A stretch of DNA of 64,000 bases from a virus, in IMG/VR virus record IMGVR_UViG_3300043411_001118, positions 1-64,000 of that record; one strand, given 5' to 3'. This document shows positions 59,545-64,000 of the stretch, one piece after another. The stretch's first letter is position 1. Every line of letters begins with the position of its first letter. The translations under genes and the position numbers were made by a program. The notes under the pieces were generated by a model that was not told the DNA's origin, did not search any database, and was given only the letters and a program-made list of their open reading frames with translations.

Positions 59545-60762
59545 TTATTTAAAATCTAATTTTTCGAACGCCTCATCGATTGACTCTTTTTTTAAGTCAT
59601 CGGATTTTTTCTGAACATCTTTCTCTCGACGATCCGCTTCACGCTCTTGTTGTTTTTTCTTGAAGTCTTTCTCTCGCGCCTTTTCTAAATCGTAGGCTTG
59701 CTTATCCTTAATTCGATCAAGATCGTCTGTTTGTTTTTCTTTTGTTTTCTGAGCCTCTGTCTTATCGAGATCTGAACCTTCCTCTTGGATGTCTACAATA
59801 TACTGAGTTGCTAAAAACTTAGTAGCACCCACTCGATCTCCATTAAACAAAACTTTTGGTGCTAATAGTGGTTGGTGCATATTTCCGGATTTAGTAATGA
59901 TATACCGACCATTTTCTTTACGAACAAAAATAGTTCCATTGACCGTATCTGCAACAGCAATTTCTTCATCACGATCAAGTATTTTAATATCTTCTTTTGC
60001 CGTTCTCAATCGAAGACCATCTATTTCTGATGGTGACAGACTGCCAGACTCGTACATAGATTTTTTGTTTTTAGGATCGTCTGGATCTGATCCATAAATT
60101 TTATCTGGATCTAGTTTGTATTTCTTTATTTCTTTATCAATACCAGCTTTAATTTGTTTTGCTAATGTTACGTTTCCGTGTTTTCTGGTTATTTTATAGT
60201 CAGAAACCCAATGAGCTAAACCCTTTAATACACCATCAGGAACCGACTCATAAAGATTTCCTTCAATATAATTCTTTGCTAAGAAGCTTTTAGCCCCGCC
60301 CCTATCGCCATGAAACACCACTTGTTTTGGTTTATCTTTTGATTGAGTCGTAATGCGATACTGTCCATTAAAAATACTGATGCCCAGTGGTCCAATTTCC
60401 GTATCAAAAACCTGTGCATGTGGAGATTTGTTACGATTCTTTTGAAACTGGTTATCTGCAACTTGAAGATCTCGTTCGGCCTGATCTTGTCGGAGTTTTT
60501 CTGAAGACTCTGTTATGGTGTCTTTCCCCTTGATCATATCAGTCAATTCTTTTTTGATTTTCTTAGCAACTTCCCCGCGCCATGAGGATGCATTGGAAAG
60601 AAATCCCGCAAGAATAGATGATGCACTGTCCATAATATACTTGTCTGACATCGAGTGAAGATCATACATAGCCTCAAGATATGGCTTAGCTGCAAAATTT
60701 ACTGGCTTCCAGTTGGCTTTGATCTCATATGCGATTGTTGAAATTGGACGATTTTTTGCCAC
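59545..60762 (-). CDS. modular putative internal head polyprotein
   Basis: short modules separated by ITE/LYE/MYE/IQE; one module duplicated (F.GDR.GA..FLA..YI). Confidence 0.55.
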   Translation of the reverse strand: MAKNRPISTIAYEIKANWKPVNFAAKPYLEAMYDLHSMSDKYIMDSASSILAGFLSNASSWRGEVAKKIKKELTDMIKGKDTITESSEKLRQDQAERDLQVADNQFQKNRNKSPHAQVFDTEIGPLGISIFNGQYRITTQSKDKPKQVVFHGDRGGAKSFLAKNYIEGNLYESVPDGVLKGLAHWVSDYKITRKHGNVTLAKQIKAGIDKEIKKYKLDPDKIYGSDPDDPKNKKSMYESGSLSPSEIDGLRLRTAKEDIKILDRDEEIAVADTVNGTIFVRKENGRYIITKSGNMHQPLLAPKVLFNGDRVGATKFLATQYIVDIQEEGSDLDKTEAQKTKEKQTDDLDRIKDKQAYDLEKAREKDFKKKQQEREADRREKDVQKKSDDLKKESIDEAFEKLDFK

Positions 60763-60990
60763 TTAATTGATCTCCTGCTGTGCTTTGATAATTGAACTAA
60801 GGAGTGTTGCTAAGACACCCTTTTTAAGAACCGTTTCGATATCCTTAAACTCATCTTTGGAAGCCAATTTTTCTAGCTCTCTAAGAGTTTCTACAATCTC
60901 TTTTTTAGCTCGACTCATAGAGACTGTTCCATATCCACTAACATGAATTTGTGGATCGATATCTTCACAAAGATTTTTTAAAGTTTTCAC
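60763..60990 (-). CDS. putative internal head protein
   Basis: GTGA-coupled start gives MKTLKNLCE. Confidence 0.55.
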   Translation of the reverse strand: MKTLKNLCEDIDPQIHVSGYGTVSMSRAKKEIVETLRELEKLASKDEFKDIETVLKKGVLATLLSSIIKAQQEIN

Positions 60991-61229
60991 TGAATCTCTT
61001 CCCAGTCTTCCCATTTCAACAGATCAATTTCTGCTGTCATGGTAAACTCTATATTCTTAAACCCTATTTCCTCAAGATCCTTTCTCAAGTCCTTAAGTAT
61101 TTGGTTATACTTCCGTTCTCGAATACTGAGTTTTCGGTCTAACTTATTTATTTCTTTTGACTTTAGAAGCTTTCGGCGATGACTTTTAGCCTTCTCAGTG
61201 TTTAACCTACGATATGGCTTTGGTCTCAT
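60987..61229 (-). CDS. basic late protein
   Basis: TAAATA 61235-61240, 5 nt before ATG. Confidence 0.6.
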   Translation of the reverse strand: MRPKPYRRLNTEKAKSHRRKLLKSKEINKLDRKLSIRERKYNQILKDLRKDLEEIGFKNIEFTMTAEIDLLKWEDWEEIQ

Positions 61230-61292
61230 AACGGTATTTAATACAGAACAACCACATTTTACTGTATAGGAAACTATACACTTTCAGGAAAA

Positions 61293-62147
61293 TTAATAGT
61301 TCCTAATGAGTAATTCTGATACCTTGGAACTGTTTGTTGGAGCGCCCATGGCCTGAGTAGAAGAAATTTTTTCGATATTAAATTTCTTATATAACGTATG
61401 AACCTCTTCAACATCAGATTGAGATAGTAACCATTTGGAACCTACTCGATCCAATCTTGTTAATAGCGCGGCCAATATTTTGTGTTCATCTGGACCAAAC
61501 GAATCTTTGGTGTAAGATGTAAAGGATTCCTTGATGACTGGATAGTATGGTGGATCTATATAAACGAAATCTGATTTCCTCGTTACGCTTTCGCGCACTA
61601 CTTCTTTGTAGTCCCGCAAATTAACATCAGCATTTTGAAGTGCATCAGATGCAGCCAGCATTTTATCTTTGCAAACAAAATCAACATCGACTTTTTTATT
61701 CCAAGGTGTGTTATAAAATCCTGAAGAATTGACTCTCCATAGACCATTAAATCCAGTCCGGTTAAGTGCTGCAAATCTAGCAGCGCGTTTTTCTGAGGAT
61801 AATTTTTTATAACTATCTTCCCTGTCTAATTGTTGTAAAATTTTAAATGTCGCTTCTGGATTTTCATTATAAATTTTTTGATTATTTTCTAATTCTTCGA
61901 TCAACTCTTCCGGATTATTTTTTAAGACTCGAAAAAAATTAATCAACTCTGGATTAGTGTCACTGATAATAGACGATAACTTGGTTTGTGTATCAGATTG
62001 TTTACTTTGAATGGCAAAGAACACACTGGCCCCACCACAAAATGGCTCGAAGTACCTCTCAAATTTTTCTGGTAATCGAGACATTATCTGAGGAAGTAGT
62101 TTTCTCTTTCCACCAACCCATTTAATTGGAGAAATAATGTTTTTCAT
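61293..62147 (-). CDS. dam: Dam-family DNA adenine methyltransferase
   Basis: KWVGGK, EPFCGG.SV, FNGLWRVNS.G.YNTP, YIDPPY, F..Y....F. Confidence 0.9.
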   Translation of the reverse strand: MKNIISPIKWVGGKRKLLPQIMSRLPEKFERYFEPFCGGASVFFAIQSKQSDTQTKLSSIISDTNPELINFFRVLKNNPEELIEELENNQKIYNENPEATFKILQQLDREDSYKKLSSEKRAARFAALNRTGFNGLWRVNSSGFYNTPWNKKVDVDFVCKDKMLAASDALQNADVNLRDYKEVVRESVTRKSDFVYIDPPYYPVIKESFTSYTKDSFGPDEHKILAALLTRLDRVGSKWLLSQSDVEEVHTLYKKFNIEKISSTQAMGAPTNSSKVSELLIRNY

Positions 62148-62359
62148 TGATCACCCTCATCTACTGAATCATCCATTTCAGATAATTTTTCCATGATAAA
62201 TTCCATCGTATACTGCATTCCCAATTTAAAAATATCTCCAACTAAATTATTTTTAGACGGTTCATCACCAAGCGCATTTCCTATCAGCAAATCTTTTTTA
62301 TTGGATAATTCATCCATCAATGACCAGATGGCTAATGTGCTAATGTTTTTATATTTCAC
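62144..62359 (-). CDS. hypothetical protein
   Basis: GGAGG RBS, coupled. Confidence 0.6.
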   Translation of the reverse strand: MKYKNISTLAIWSLMDELSNKKDLLIGNALGDEPSKNNLVGDIFKLGMQYTMEFIMEKLSEMDDSVDEGDQ

Positions 62360-62368
62360 AATTCCTCC

Positions 62369-63781
62369 CTAAAAAAATGGATCATCCTCTACTGTTTCTC
62401 TAACCTCTGCTCTGAGCCTCGTACCAGATTTTGTTTTGTCAAATGATGGTGTGTCATCCTTTTCTTTCTCTTTATTTTCTGGTTGATCTACATCATACAA
62501 CGTCATTCGAGATCGGTCTACTCCAAGAGCAAATCTACGAACAGCCGAAACATCATTGTCCCGGAGCTTCATCACCTTAATGATATATTGGCCCATTGTT
62601 TCTAATTCTTCGGTTGTGATAATTCCGAACATTGTGTCTGTTACTTGAGGAAGTCCAAAGGACTCCGACACATCATCCAAATCCAAGTCTGGAGCATTCA
62701 ATCCTCCACGATTTGTTTGTGTTGCTGTAAAAACCGCTGTGTTTGTCTCGGAAGCCAGACCACGAATTTCACTTGCGATTGTTCGAACCGTCGAATACAG
62801 ATCAGAGTTTTTTCCTAATTGCTCAATACTTCTCATTTCATTTAAGTAATCGATGACTATGATATCTGGAACAAATTTCTTTTTTAAAGCTAGCTCTGAT
62901 ACCAAATGTTTAATGTGAAAAGCACTGATAGATTTTGCTGGATAGTCTTTAATAATCAAGCGTCCAGGAACGCGCCTTCTAACATCATTCATCTTTGAAA
63001 TATATTCGGTGTGGTGCATGTTCTTAATTGTGTTTACTGGAACCGCGAACAAGTTAGCATCGATTCTTGATCGAACTTTATGTTCTGACATTTCAACCGA
63101 AACGTAGAGAACATTTTTTCCGTATGACACATATGAACTAGCGAAGTGACACAAAAATAATGACTTCCCTTTGTTTGGTGGTGCCATAAAAACATTCAGT
63201 GTTTTCCTGGTGAATCCTCCATCGGTGATTCGATTAAACATTTCCAAATTACATGCAAGCACATCTTCTTTATTTTGATAATTCAAATATGCTTGTTCGG
63301 ATTCCTCGAAGTAATCGTGTCCAATTGATGGATCGAATGTTAGGGATAGTGCCTCCCGAAATAGTTCTGGAATCTTTCCCCTAGACAAATTCTTATTCTC
63401 TGATTCACTCGCAATCTCTGCTGCCTGTAGTGTTGCATGTAAAAATGATTGATCTCGACACCATTTTTCTGCTCTATCGAGCATCCATTTAGGATCAATT
63501 TTTTTAGGATGTTCTAGAAATGGTACGTACTGCTTAATTTTTGCATAGTCATCCTCAGTCAATTCGGAACTTTCTGAGAAATTAATTAACACCATTTCGA
63601 GTGTTGGTGTTCCCTTATATTTTTGAATGAGTTTTGAGATGCATGTAAAAATTAATTTGTCTTGTCGTTCTTGAAAAAAATCTTCTTTTATGAATGGATA
63701 CGCCGTGGAAATGAAACTGTCACTATGAAGTAACTGGTTTAAAATTAATATTTCAATTCGATCATCCGACATCGGAAACAT
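62369..63781 (-). CDS. gp41: replicative DNA helicase
   Basis: GHDYF, APPNKGKS, VIDYL, TATQTNR, SESFGLP, KLRDND. Confidence 0.96.
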   Translation of the reverse strand: MFPMSDDRIEILILNQLLHSDSFISTAYPFIKEDFFQERQDKLIFTCISKLIQKYKGTPTLEMVLINFSESSELTEDDYAKIKQYVPFLEHPKKIDPKWMLDRAEKWCRDQSFLHATLQAAEIASESENKNLSRGKIPELFREALSLTFDPSIGHDYFEESEQAYLNYQNKEDVLACNLEMFNRITDGGFTRKTLNVFMAPPNKGKSLFLCHFASSYVSYGKNVLYVSVEMSEHKVRSRIDANLFAVPVNTIKNMHHTEYISKMNDVRRRVPGRLIIKDYPAKSISAFHIKHLVSELALKKKFVPDIIVIDYLNEMRSIEQLGKNSDLYSTVRTIASEIRGLASETNTAVFTATQTNRGGLNAPDLDLDDVSESFGLPQVTDTMFGIITTEELETMGQYIIKVMKLRDNDVSAVRRFALGVDRSRMTLYDVDQPENKEKEKDDTPSFDKTKSGTRLRAEVRETVEDDPFF

Positions 63782-64000
63782 CTATCATATTTAAAGTTTG
63801 GTGTTTAAGAATATCCAACACAACAGAATAAACTTGTTTTCGAATACTCAAAAGATCTAACTGCTTTGGGTTTTCAACAACTGTCATAGTAAAAGAAATT
63901 TCGAGTTCGTTTGTTAGACTTGCTCCGACATGAACGCCGTCTACATTTACTATGGTCCCGCGAAATCGTAAAGACGTTAATTGAATATAACTTTTGAACG
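63762..64000 (-). CDS. partial hypothetical ORF upstream of helicase (gp40 position)
   Basis: open frame FKSYIQL...MIDVSDVG* from the window edge. Confidence 0.5.
   Translation of the reverse strand, partial: FKSYIQLTSLRFRGTIVNVDGVHVGASLTNELEISFTMTVVENPKQLDLLSIRKQVYSVVLDILKHQTLNMIDVSDVG

Noticed and set aside
8666-60097. Long antisense ORFs (e.g. 8666..9196, 53605..54057, 56306..56704, 57506..57898 on +)
   Set aside because: They shadow well-supported minus-strand genes and show no motifs or RBS.
1-64000. Prophage or host chromosome content
   Set aside because: No integrase, att site or host operon; cellular-type genes are interleaved with T4-like core genes under phage-type signals.

Overview
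64 kb fragment of a large, AT-rich, T4-like myovirus genome using the standard genetic code. Core T4-type genes: gp54-like, gp2, gp4, gp48, gp53, a probable baseplate hub, gp32, gp59, gp33, RNase H, primase gp61, helicase gp41, dNMP kinase and spanins. Auxiliary genes: class II RNR, PhoH, peptide deformylase, LpxR-family lipid A deacylase, S8 protease, SLT, two adenine MTases, a LAGLIDADG endonuclease and one atypical initiator-like tRNA-Met. Spanins and LpxR point to a Gram-negative host. Main signals not explained by the gene list: (1) a non-palindromic DNA word AATCGTCC(Y1-3)G found at least 38 times by hand count, on both strands and in several reading frames; (2) a late, apparently capsid-targeted ParB/Srx-RelA/SpoT synthetase fusion facing an early-promoter Mesh1-like hydrolase; (3) a dispersed family of proteins with T4 internal-protein-like N-terminal tags (J-domain protein, two zincins and others); (4) an array of 17 uniform mini-ORFs; (5) repeated promoter/stem-loop/RBS cassettes and apparently leaderless late genes; (6) a structured non-coding region of about 275 nt after phoH. 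All calls come from reading motifs by eye; no searches were run.
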